Shown: positions 12,701 to 25,100 of the stretch, in pieces
Layout: every line of letters begins with the position of its first letter
Numbering within the stretch: position 1 is the stretch's first letter
Assembly (NCBI GenBank): GCA_051294375.1
Contig: CM119266.1
Span: forward strand, 7,522,933-7,586,932
Reading direction: 5' to 3'
DNA from: Paraspadella gotoi
Taxonomy: Eukaryota > Animalia > Chaetognatha
DNA: 64,000 nucleotides
Translations under genes and position numbers: made by a program
The notes under the pieces: model-generated
What the model was told of the DNA's origin: nothing
Databases searched by the model: none
What the model saw: the letters and a program-made list of their open reading frames with translations, nothing else

Positions 12701-14424
12701 AGAGAGGGAGAGCTGACTGATTGCCAAAGCACAGCGAGAAAAAATAGGAGCAGCATTCAAAAAAAAAATTAAGAAAAAAACAGGAGCTCCCCGGCGGGGA
12801 ATCGAACCCCGATCTCTCGCGTGACAGGCGAGGATACTGACCATTATACTACCGAGGACACTTGCATGACACTTAAGACCCCCCCCCATTACCCTTCTCC
12901 CTCTCCAGACTCATCGACTGGTACAAGACTCCTCGCGCCGCGAGAATCCACGAGGCCGTCACCCACGTCAAGAGTCACGTGACCTCCTCCGTCGCTCGTC
13001 ACGAGGCCACGCTCGACGAGGCAGACGAACCCCGCGACTTTATCGACGCTTTCATCCGGGAGAGACGCCAACATCCGGGGGCCGAACATCTCGACGACGA
13101 GAACATGACGGTCGCCATCATGGATCTGTTTCAAGCGGGGACGGACACGACGAGCGCGATGATGAATTGGACGGTGGCCTGGCTGCTGCATCGACCGGAC
13201 GTTGGGGAGAGGGTGAGGGAGGAGTTGGTGGAAGTCTTGGGTGAGTGCGAATGGTGGGGAAGGACGGGGGGGTGTACAAAAAAAAGGGGGTTCTGGGTTT
13301 GCGAGTGTGCGATGATAAATATGAAAATACGTAGAAAAACTATGTCTTGGATGGCATACCATTTAAATTCGAAATCCTTGGGCATTACGAGGTGCATTTG
13401 TCTTGTCTAATAATCATTTGAATTATATTCTTTAACCACCATAACAACCGTTTGTTATTTGAATTCTTACTCACTTTTTATTTACTTAAAATCAGAGATG
13501 TGGNNNNNNNNNNGCGTTCACATCTCTGACTTAAATTAAACTCACTTTTTCGTCTTATTCTTCTCAAGGTGAAGACGGCGCCCCGACGATGGCTCAACTT
13601 CCCCGCCTTAATTATCTTCGCGCTTTTATGGACGAAGTTCAAAGAATTTCTTGCGTAGCGGATTTTTCGGTTCCTCATCGCTGTCTGGACAAGGCCGAGT
13701 TTAGGGGATACACGGTATTGATTGGATTGATCGAATGATTGATTGATTGTGATGATTTATTGATTGATTGAATAATTTATTAATTCCTTTATTAATAGAT
13801 TGATTGCATTGTTTAGTTTATTGAGTAATGAGTAATAGATTGATACAATTAATTACTTCGTGGGCTGATAATTAATTTGATTAATTTATTGAATAGATTG
13901 ATTGATTGTTTGATAGATATATTAACTGATTGATGGACTGATGATTAATTTGATTAACAAGCAGATTGACTGATTAATCTGTTGATTGATTTATTGCTAA
14001 ATTTATTTAGTTCATAATTTTTTTAAATAAAATCAAAATTAAAGTATTAATATCGAACATTGCAATAATAGTAAATAGTCATGTTACAGATCACAAAAAA
14101 GGAAAGCATTTGGATGAACATCTACGCCGTTCACAAAGACCCGAAACTGTGGGACGACCCAGAGGTTTTCAAACCCGAAAGGTTTTTGGACGCCGATGGG
14201 AAATATCAAAAGAATAACAATTTAACGACATTCGGTTGGGGAAATAGGTAAAAAAAAATTATTCAATTTAATTACTTGTCAATGCTTGAAAAACCAAATT
14301 TGAGAGAAAATAATAAATACAAATATATTATTTAAATTAATTTATTTATTTTTTGGGTCTTTGGTCAAAATTCACTGATGGTGTTTTTTTTTAATGACTA
14401 CTGCCTATTCCTACCAAGGTCATT

Positions 14425-14510
<86 letters not shown>

Positions 14511-14845
14511 CTTTCTCTCTTTACTCTATAAGTCAAACATAAGTCGAAATATTTGGAAAAAAAAAATTCGTTTGTTAAATGCACTTTTCTCCATGATGAA
14601 AATATATCTTTATATTAAATTAATTTAAATATTCAAATACTTTTAATCTCTAACTTGCTTTAATGATTTTTCTCAGACGTTGCTTGGGCGAGCGATTGGC
14701 TCTCTTGGAACAGTTCGTCTTCACCGCGCGCCTGATGCAACGACTCGAGTTTCGCCCGGCGTCGGCGCTGCCTGATATGAGTGGCCAGATTCGCCTGGTC
14801 AGGATCCCGGCTCCTTACGCGGTCAAAGTGCAGAGGAGAAATTGA
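10543..14845 (+). CDS. Cytochrome P450, microsomal, CYP2-clan-like, 8 exons
   Basis: Exons are 10543-10686, 11428-11632, 12000-12103, 12382-12606, 12909-13240, 13569-13714, 14090-14247 and 14677-14845. It has an N-terminal TM anchor, PRDFIDAF, I-helix AGTDTT, K-helix EVQR, PERF and heme motif FGWGNRRCLG. There is one apparent +1 indel near 12600. Confidence 0.92.
11108..11275 (+). mobile_element. tRNA-headed SINE-like element, family B, in CYP intron 1
   Basis: Degenerate tRNA-like head (TGGTGACGGAGG...GGTTTTAGCCC). The body tagcccggtggc...gaacgg...taa...tccgaagc is shared with 18763-18842. Confidence 0.6.
11764..11836 (-). mobile_element. Partial inverted copy of SINE family A
   Basis: The reverse complement reads cggctttaaaccgc...gggcgtggaaaacccccaagg...gcgccttat, matching 6086-6123 and the 3' end of family A. 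Confidence 0.65.
12110..12368. repeat. CYP intron 3 built from a ~120-bp tandem duplication bounded by (TCAA)n
   Basis: gattatcctaaaaa...acaccccattactcctccaatc...ccccgaatcaatc occurs twice. Confidence 0.8.
12787..12858 (-). tRNA. trnD-GTC: tRNA-Asp (GTC)
   Basis: The reverse complement TCCTCGGTAGTATAATGGTCAGTATCCTCGCCTGTCACGCGAGAGATCGGGGTTCGATTCCCCGCCGGGGAG is a 72-nt cloverleaf with a GTC anticodon and intact A/B boxes. An oligo-T terminator follows at 12774-12780. Confidence 0.95.
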
Positions 14846-15581
14846 GAAACTCAACTATTTTTGGTTGTTTTGTTTTGTTGTTTTTTGTTGTTTTTATTTT
14901 TGGTTTAATTTTTACTTACTCTCGTAATTTGCTTTTCGGTAACTATTGCAAATGTGAAATATTTCGTCCTTATCCTAAGTAAAATTACTTATATTTACAC
15001 TTATTTTACGACTCTGTTCACCACTACTGAATCAAATTGTAAATTTAAAGTAGTTTATTATCTTTATTGTTACAGGGTAAATTGTACGCCAAGTAGACTG
15101 CTATGAACCGTAGTTTGAGATGTAATATATAATATATGTAATATATAACTAATCAAAGGACTAAGAATTTTTAACAGCCCGTCCGTCGGATGATTAGCTT
15201 TAATTAAACCAACGCCATATTTTACAGTTTTCGACATTTATTATCTGCGTAGAATCGAATGTTTAGCTTTGTCCCAGCTCATCGCTGCTGGGCGTCTACT
15301 GTATTTTGTGCGCAGGCCGTGAGGGAAGAAAAGATTGTGTAAAAACAAGTAATTTTATTCTTTCAACAACTAATTTTCGTCTGATGACATATCGATGGAT
15401 TGCAAACGTTGAAAACGTACACAAACTTGAAAAGTTAACAATAAAGGTATATAACTAAATTCTAAAAGCTACACCAAAAAATCATCGTTTCTAACTATCC
15501 AATTGACGCATCTATTCACTACCTGGATGTAATTTGAAAACAAAAAAGAATCTTCATTATATTCTCTCTCTCTCTCTCTCT

Positions 15582-15598
15582 CTACTCTCTCTCTCTCT

Positions 15599-15674
<76 letters not shown>

Positions 15675-18600
15675 TCCCTCACTACCCTTCCACCGCCTCG
15701 GATTCTCCACCCCCTTCTTCTCCCCTCCCCTTCTCCACTCCTCCTCCTCGTCCCTCCTCAAATTCTTCACGCAGCCGCAGCAGCCGCAGCACCGCGTAGC
15801 GCAGGCAACCACCGCGGCGTCGTACGGCCGCAGGGAACGCAGCCACAGCGGCAGGAAGGTCCAGTCGCGCAGCAGCGGCGGGAGCCAGCGGGGCCGCTTC
15901 CGCTGGAGGAAGTTGACGAGGAAGACGGAGAGGAAGAAGAGGAGTAGGAGGCCGAGGACGACGCCGAAGGGGATGGGACCGGCGAGGGAGAGGGCGAGAA
16001 CGAAGGAGGGAACGACGACGAACATAGCGACGACGTAGACGGCGCAGAACCAGCGATACCGAGCGGTCACGTGACCCAGGCGTTCGGCCAAGCCTGAAGG
16101 AATTAGAATTTGGATTAGTTTTGATTTGAATTGATTTTGAGTGAACTAATGTTTGAGTCTTTGAGAAATTGACTGATTGATTTTTTTTAAAAAGTAAAGA
16201 TGATTGATAAAATTTTCGCCGGTGAAAAATAATTCGTCAAAGCGAATTAAATTGTTATATTTATTTATTGATTGGTCGACAAATCGATTGGCGGTTTGAA
16301 AGATTTAAGCATTCGTTAATTCATTCATTCGTTCGTTCATCCATTCATTCAGTCGTTCTTTAAACCATTCATTCATTCATACATCCAATTATTCATTCAT
16401 TCAATTCGTTCATTCATTCATTCATTCATTGACTACTCAAACATTCAATTCTGACCGATCGGCAACTTTCTCATGAACGGCACGGGATAGAAAAGGCAGA
16501 TCCCGCTCAGGTTGAAGAAGAGATGGCACAGGGCTATTTGGAGGGCCACGCGGGCATCGTCCCCGCTGGCTGCCATTGCGGCCATGACCGCGGTGAAGGT
16601 GGTGCCGATGTTGGAGCCCAGAGTCAAAGGGTAGAAGCGTTCGAGAGTCACGGCGCCGATTCCTGTCGTTGGACGGAAGAGAATTTTAGAGATTTATCCA
16701 AATGGATGGATTGACGATGGATGGACGAATGGATATTAGTCAATCGACAGAATCATCACCAGATATTTCATAAAATATAATATGTATAATATTCAAGAAA
16801 ATTTATTGTTAGATAGAATGTTAGATTTATTAATTGTCTCATTAATTTATGGTTTCATTAATTGATTGACTGATCGATTAATCGACTTAATGATTGATTA
16901 ACTGAAAAATTAAATTCATTCACTGATTGAGCGATAAATCCACGGATCACTCCCCTCACTCTTTTAGTCGTACCCCCTGCTCGCTCGAACTCACCGACCA
17001 AAGGCGTCAACGTGGAAGTGAATATCGAGCTGCTCTGCACCAACACCGTGACGCCGGCCCCGACGAGCATCGCCGCGTAGCCGGTCAGCGGCTCCAAGAT
17101 GCCGGGAAACTCGGCGTTGAGGAAAGACTGGAGAAGTCGGCCGACGCTTCCCTTGAAGACGCGTTGGAGGAGACTGACGAGGAGGATGAGGGAGATGATG
17201 AGGACGAAGAGGGAAGAGACGAGGAGGATCACGCCCACCTTTTGAGGGGGGGGATAGGGAGGGGGGGAGAAGGAGGGAGAGTTAATTCAATAGTGCTTTA
17301 GGTTCTTAAGTAAAATAATAAATTGGAAATAAGGAAAATGTTTATTTAACTTTGATTTTTAGTTTGTTTGTTCAACCGAAACAACAAATGAAAAGGTTAT
17401 TACTTATTTCAATAGCTAAACAATATAACGTTTTATCTGTTTCTCGTTGGTACAAATTTTTTCTGTAATAAACGAACCTCAATATTGTTCTAAGAAACAC
17501 CATCGATTGTATTTAGTAAAACCTTGTATTTTAACTATTGACATCCTGATAGGTGATTCCATATAGACGTACCTGTGCGTCCGAGAGCCAGGGCCAATTA
17601 GCAAAGATGTGCCCGCATCTGACGTCTTCGGCCGAACCCGTTGTGCACCAAACCTGAAGAAGCAAAATGATGTAGTGACTGAAACGTCAGCAATCACGAC
17701 AGCAGTGATTCGAACGACGTCCAAGAATGATGAAACTGATGTAATAACTGAAAAGATATCAACTAGTACAAAATATACAGCTTCAGCACTAATGAAAGTG
17801 ACTACTTCGTAATACAAAAACAAATTATTTTACGAAAGCAACAAGTACAAGTAAAAATAACAAACCTTCATGACGCGTTCCTTGGTGAAATTTCCGGTCA
17901 AAGATGAATTTTTAGTTGCGGCTTTTTGGATGGCGTCGCTGTCAACTTGGACCACGAGGTCAGTTAGTGGATCAGTTAAAACTGTCAGGAGTTCGATCTG
18001 TGATTTGGAAGTGAAAACAAAAAAATTTAAAACTGAATTTCGCCAACAACAAAAATCTGCGATTAGTATAAAAATATTAATATTCGCAGGAATTTTAATT
18101 TTACGAATTACCCTATCTTTATCTCGAACCTTACTCATCATCTATTTTTCATATCGCCTTAGAGGTTATCTTAAATAATTTCCGGGTAATTAACAGGAGC
18201 TTTATTTTTAGTAACATTGTATGTACGGTATGTTTACAAACTTTTGATTTAGCCCATTTCTCACCTAACCAACCTTACCCCTGTCTAAACCTTACCTTCG
18301 CCCCTCCAGTCCCTTTACCTTAACCTTAACCTTACCTTCGCCCCTCCGTCCTTGGTCGCCATCCCTTTCGTCATCGACTCCGAGATAAGAAAGAGATAAC
18401 CAGTCGCAAGTTCGAGCGGCAAAAGGATGAAGACGCTCAACCAGTTGAACATGTCGTGGACGGTGGCGCCCGCGAAGGCACGCTCGAATTGAATGCGGTC
18501 GCCCACTTGTGCTGAAGGAATGAAGGCAGGGGGGGGGGAGGTTAAAGAGTTAACTCGGTTACATGGAAGATTAGATCCTCGAAAAAATTGGTAGAGAATT

Positions 18601-21600
18601 TCCCAGAATATGAAATTTGTACACTACAGTGTCTATGTTAAGAAAATATGTCATAAAAGAGGTAAAATAAAAACTAACAAAAATTAACAGCTTTCAAGAT
18701 GGGACCACCAACAGTTAACCGCGGTCGTTTGTAATTGGCTACCAACCCAAAAATTCTGGTTTCTAGCCCGGTGGCGCCCTTCTAGCATTAAGCGGAACGG
18801 AGCCCTTAACCTGCCGGTAGCAGGGTCCGAAGCACAGGAACTATTTATTTATTGGTTTACGAAAATTTTAAAAAGTCGCTAAGTTTTAAAAAATCTCCGG
18901 GGACAAAAAAAAAAAAAGTTAGCAAAGAAGTAAGTTGGACTCAAACAAATACATACAACGAATCAAAACAAACTATTCAAACTCAAAATTAAAAAGGCGA
19001 ACAGCCACGTCGTCAATAAAATCAGCAGCGACAACAGCTCGAAGAACAACAACATCACCAGCAACAGCTCGAACGCTTTTACCCAACGAGACCAACGTAT
19101 TGGTGACCGACGTCCCCACATTCGCTCCCATGATGATCGGAATCGCGTTCTCGACCGGAAGGAGACGCGACGCCGTCATCGCCACAACGATGGACGTCGA
19201 GGTGGACGATGATTGGACGGCGACGGTGGCGACGACGCCGATCATTAGACCGCAGATGGGGTTGCTGAGGAGGGCGCTCTCCTGGGGTGATAGGGGTGAA
19301 GGTAGGGGGGTGGTGAGGGGTGATAGGGGTGAAGGGATTGGGGTGGTGATTAGAGGGTAGATGATGATCGAGATGATGGAGACATCAATTAAATTATCTT
19401 TAGTATTAATACATAAATGAGATTGCTAGATGGAAATTATAACGAAGATATAAAGAGATATTAAGAGATATTTTTTTGAGGGGGGGCAAAATGTTTAAAT
19501 CTCAAATATTTTTAATTATTGTAAAAGAAATTATTCTGAAATTTGACTTCTTTAGTGTACGTAATAGGAAAATTAAAATTTACTTCAATTTTTTTTTAAT
19601 AAACCATTTAGTCCATTAACTGACTTATCATAATCGTATCTCTCTATCTCTCTCTTACCTTAAACAAGCTACCAGTGGCTTCGCCTCCCAACAATTTGAA
19701 TCCAGAGCTCAACAAGTCCAAGGAGCAAATGAAGAAGTAGAGACAAGCGATGAACCCCATGAACGTAGCGATTCCCTTTAAGACCGACTTGACCTAAAAA
19801 AGCGGGTAATTTTTTTTCCCCATTTAAATAACGTTTCAATATTGAGTAAATAAATTTCAATTTTAAACGACGAAGCTGCTCTTACGATTGTTTATTCGGC
19901 AATAAAAGTCATTTATCGATGAGGGAGTAAAGTAAGAAAAAGCAAGCCAAGAGACAACAGTCAAAAAAAGCAAGCTTAGACATGAACTTCTAGAAAAGCA
20001 AGCGAGGGGATCACACACAAAAAAAAACCAAAAAAACAAACGAGCAGATCCCACACATCGGGGTGAGGTTCTTTGGATTCCGACGAAATCAGGAATGGAT
20101 AATTGGACAAAGAAAAATTGGATCGATACCTTTTCGATACGAGATACTTCCTCCGTCTTTACAGCTGGAGAGTGAGGTGGCGTTGAAGGTAAGGTACCTT
20201 TGGACTCCGGTTGTGGAGCCTGACCCTCGAGGTCCCAGATCGAAGGATCGAATCGATCATTGAGATTCCATCTGGGAATCGGTGCCATCATGAGATCGAT
20301 GCCGGAGTTGGCTTTTTACTTTGTTTTCCCGTTTTTCTGTATCTTTATTTCTTGAAAATCTATTCGTCAATCTTAGGGTGGCGTGGTGAAAATGTTATGG
20401 TGGCGTGGTGAAAATGTTATGGTGGCGTGGTGGAATAAAACCGTGAAAACGTTAAGCAAGGCGTTAAAAGAAACGTAGTGAGTTGTCTTGGCGTAAACGA
20501 CGTTTTTTTACGAAAGTTAATTTGTTAAATTCTCTTTTATAAATGATAACGAGAGACAAGAGGTGAATGTGATAATTAAATCACGAACACGTTGAGGAAT
20601 AAAGAGAGAGCACGAGAGAGAGAGAGAGAACGTCAACCGGGTTTCAATTTCTTCAACTTACTTTCTCTTTTGGACATCTGTCCCTCATTCGCNNNNNNNN
20701 NNNNNNNNNNNNNNNNNNNNNNNNNNNNNNNNNNNNNNNNNNNNNNNNNNNNNNNNNNNNNNNNNNNNNNNNNNNNNNNNNNNNNNNNNNNNNNNNNNNN
20801 NNNNNNNNNNNNNNNNNNNNNNNNNNNNNNNNNNNNNNNNNNNNNNNNNNNNNNNNNNNNNNNNNNNNNNNNNNNNNNNNNNNNNNNNNNNNNNNNNNNN
20901 NNNNNNNNNNNNNNNNNNNNNNNNNNNNNNNNNNNNNNNNNNNNNNNNNNNNNNNNNNNNNNNNNNNNNNNNNNNNNNNNNNNNNNNNNNNNNNNNNNNN
21001 NNNNNNNNNNNNNNNNTTCCTCCCATCTACAAATTACTACTAATATTATTATTTTTAAAAAATAGTGTTATTCTAATTATTATTATTATTAAGTATGATT
21101 ATAATTATACTTGATTATCATAATGGACCAGTACCTTATCCTTCGTGGATTTAACCCTCCAGGGCTTAGAGTCTAAACCGTCGGGCAAGTCCGGCAAGAC
21201 GCTGACTTTTCGATTTGCGGCGATGGCGGCGGCGACGGCGGTGGCGGCGGCGGCCATGACCGCAACGCTCTTGGATCTTTTCCTCGTCCTGGCGTCGCGT
21301 TTGGGACGATCCTTGGCGCCGCTTTTATCGGGGGCGGCGTCATCCATGGCGCCGCCGAGGGAATCTTCCTGCTCGACGGCGAAGTTGACTTGTCCGACTT
21401 TGCGGATTCGACGGTCGACGTCGTCGTCAACAGGGTTGACCTTTACGCCACGACCCCATTCCTTTACGCCACTTCCAGATTCCGTTACGCCACTCCCAAA
21501 TTCTTTTACGCCATTTCCCTGCTTTTCCCCTTCATTCGTCTTCGCATTGTATCTGTTCGCGTCGTGACCGATTTTCTCCAGCGGGACAGCGTCGACGCTG

Positions 21601-21662
21601 CTGCCACCGCCGCGGCTGCTCCCACCGGTTTCAGCGTCTGGAGTGAAAGATGCGTTGTCCAT
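15582..21662 (-). CDS. SLC34A: Sodium-dependent phosphate cotransporter, SLC34/NaPi-II family, 9 exons
   Basis: Exons are 21662-21135, 19793-19659, 19281-19083, 18511-18336, 17997-17866, 17653-17573, 17238-16995, 16662-16456 and 16093-~15582, all phase-compatible GT-AG. Motifs include LYFFICSLD, two QSSS repeats, [45 protein letters not shown] and a C-terminal Cys cluster (CCGCCGC). The start codon and exact stop are uncertain. Confidence 0.93.
18763..18842 (+). mobile_element. Second copy of SINE family B (SLC34 intron 3, antisense to the gene)
   Basis: tagcccggtggc...agcggaacggagcccttaacctgc...gtccgaagcacagg aligns with 11162-11247. Confidence 0.6.
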
Positions 21663-21984
21663 TCTGGCTGCGGTAGTGTTCGTGTTGGAGTAGTTGTTCC
21701 TTTGCCGCTTGTTTTGTTGATGTTGTTTGCACAGCTGCACTATATTTTGGAGGGAGACTTTTTTAGCTTTATTGAAGAGGAGCTGCTGTTGTTAACTTTT
21801 CGTTTCCATTTTGGTTTGTTATTGTTTTCTTGCAGCCAAAATGTTATTTTCTTTTTCGCTTTGAGAATGAAAATTTCTTGAATATTTTTTCGTTTGTTTA
21901 GTCATCGAAAAAATTCGTGCCAAACCTAGTGAGGTTTGGTTGATTAAAGTTTAAGTTTAAGTTTTTTAATAGTGATAAAGAGAG

Positions 21985-22021
<37 letters not shown>

Positions 22022-22169
22022 AATTGCGTTCTGTTCTTCGTCTTTTCCAATTTTTGTGTCACTACTCTCATCTCTCTTCTTTGTCTCTCTCTCTCTCCTC
22101 CTCTCTCTCTCTGCGTCTCTCTTCTCTCTCTCTCTCTCTGCTTTCTCTCTCCTCGCACTCTCTTTATCA

Positions 22170-25100
22170 CTATTTAAAAACTTAAACTTAAAACTTTAAT
22201 CAAGCCAAGACCTCCACTAGGTTTGGCACGAAGATTTTTCGAATGACAACAAACGTAAAAAATATTTCAAGGGAAATATTTCTTCTCAAAGCGAAAATGA
22301 AAATAACAATTTTGGCTGCAAGAAAACAGATAACAAACAAATGGAACGAAAATGTTAACAACAGCAGCTCCTCTTCAATAAAAAGCATAAAAAAAGTCTC
22401 CCTCCAAAATAATAGTTGCAGCTGTGCAAATCAACATCAACAAACACAAGCGGCAAAGAACAATACTGCCAACACGAACACTACCGCCAGCACAGAATTT
22501 GAGACAACGCATCTTTCCACTACCAGCACGCTGAAACCGTGGGAGCAGCCCGCGCGCGGTGGCAGCAGCGTCGACGCTTGTGGTCCCGCTGGAGAAAATC
22601 AGAGTCACGACCGCGAACAGATACAATTGCCGAAGACGAATGAAGGGGAAAGCAGGGAAATGGCGTAAAAGAAATTTGGGTGGCCGTAACGGAATCTGGA
22701 AGTGGCGTAAAGGAATGGGGTCGTGCGCGTATAAGGTTCAACCCTGTCTGAGACGACGTCGACCGTCGAGATGTCCGCAAAGTCGGGACAAGTCAACTTC
22801 GCCGTCGAGCAAGGAAGATTCCCTCGCGGCGCCCTGGATGACGCCGCCGCCCGATAAATACGCGCCAGGACGTCCCAAAACGTCGACGCGCACAGACGAG
22901 GAAAAAGATCCAGAGAGCGTTGCGGTCAGTGGCCTGCGCCCGCCAACCGCGCCGTCGCCCTGCCAGCCCATCGGCCGCAAACGAAAAGTCACGTTTGCCG
23001 GACTTGCCGCGACGGTTTAGACTCTAAGTCGCCACTGGGAGGTTAAAACCACGAAGGATAACCGGTACTGGTCCAGTTATAGATAATCAGTTATAATATA
23101 ATCATAACTTAATAATAATAATAATTAGAATAACACTATTTTTTAAATAATAATATATTATAGTAAATTTGTAGATGGGAGGAAAACTCTTTCTTTCTCT
23201 TCTCGTTGCTTTTTCTTAAATTCCCTTGAAAATTTTTTCCCTTTTTTTTTGCCAACGAGCCTCACTTTCACTCTCTCTCTCTTCTCTTCATCTCTCTGCT
23301 CTCTCCGTCTCTCTGCACTCTCTCTCCTTCCATCACTATCAACACCATCTCTCCGCAGTCCCCGCTTCTTGGACATCCATATCTTCTGATATTCTGGCTT
23401 GTTTTTAATTCCTTGAAAACTTTGAGTGATTTTTCCACCAAGCCTATTTCTCTTCTCTCTCTCTTCTCTCTCTCTTCCTTTCCATCACCAATTCCAACGC
23501 CATTGCTCTCGCCATTCCTGGCTTCTTTTGACATCCTATCTTTCAGTTTCTGGGCTTTTCTTTTCATGAACCAAATCAGAAACGAAGATTAGCATCGGTC
23601 AACCGTGGTCTTCAATCTTCAACTTCCCTTTCTCTTTTCGGACATCGTACCTCTCATCTCGCTCTCTCTTCTCTGCTCTCTCTCTCAGTGCTCTCCTTTA
23701 TTCCTCAAGTGGTTCGTGATTTAATTATCACATCTCACCTCTTGTCCTCTCGTTATCATTATAAAAGAGAATTTAAACAAAATTAACTTTCTTAAAAAAA
23801 CGTCGTTTACAGCCAACACAAACGCGCTACGCTTTCTGTTTACGCCTTGCTTAACGTTTTCACGGTTTTATTCACCACCGCCACCATAACATTTTCACCG
23901 ACACGCCACCATAATTATCACCATTTCAGACCACAGGCCACCTAAGATATGACGATAGAAATTTCAAGAAAAAGACTTAAGCAGAAAAACGGGGAAAACA
24001 AAGTAAAACGCCTAACTCCGCGCATCGATCTCATGAGTCCTAGGCACGATTTCACCGGCAGAGATCTTCAATGATCCGATTTCCGATCCCTTCGGGATCT
24101 GGGACCTCGGAGGCTCAGGCCTCCACAACCCGGAGTCCAAAGGTACCTTACTCCTTCAACGCCACCTCACTCTCCCCAGCTGTAACGACGAGGGAAAGTA
24201 TCTCGTATCCGAAAAGGAGTATGTCGATCCAATTTTTCTTTGAATTCCATTATCCATTCCTGATTTCGTCGGAATCCAAAGAACCTCACTCCCGATGTGT
24301 GGGAATTGCTCGTTTGTTTTTTTGTGTTTTATTTTGCTGTGTGATCCCGCGTCAGCTTGCTTTTCTAAAGAGTTCATTCTACTAAAAGCTTGCTTTTTTA
24401 ACTGTTGTCTCTTGATTGCATTTTTCTTACTTACTCCCTCATCGATAAATGGCTTTATTGCCGAAAACAATCGTAAGAGGAGCTTCGTCGTTAAAACTTG
24501 AAATTTAATTTACTCAATGATTGAAACGTTATTTAAAATGGGGAAAAAAAAGTTACCGCGCTTTTTTAGGTCAGTAGTCGCGTCTTTAAAGGGATCGCTA
24601 CGTTCATGGGTTCATACGCTTTGTCATCTACTTTCTTCTTTGCTCTTGGACTGTGATTGAGCTCCGGATTCAAATTGGTTGGAAGCCGAAACGCCACTGT
24701 ATGCTATGGTTAAGGTAAGAGAGGAGATTAGAAGATACGATTATGATAGTCAGTTTAATGGACTAAATGGTTTATTAAAAAAAATTGAAGTAAATCTGTT
24801 AATTTTTCCTATACGTACACTAAATGAGTCAAATTTCTGAATTTAATTCCCTTTAACAATAAATAAAATAATATTGAGATTTAAACATTTTGCCCCCCCC
24901 CTCAAAAATATCCTCTTAATAATCTCATTCTATATCTTTCGTTATAATTTCCATCTCGCAATCTCATTTATGTATAAATACTAAAGACAATTAATGGATG
25001 TCTCCATCATCTCGATCATCATCTACCGCTCTGATCAATCCAGCACCCCCAATCCCTTCACCCCTAATCACCCTCACCCACCCCACTAACTTCGGCCCTA

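Noticed and set aside
12494-12889. 131-aa minus-strand ORF
   Set aside because: It is a translation of the tRNA-Asp gene, the (GA)n tract and the antisense of a CYP exon.
15378-15410. CTGATGA hammerhead core
   Set aside because: No stem II followed by GAAA.
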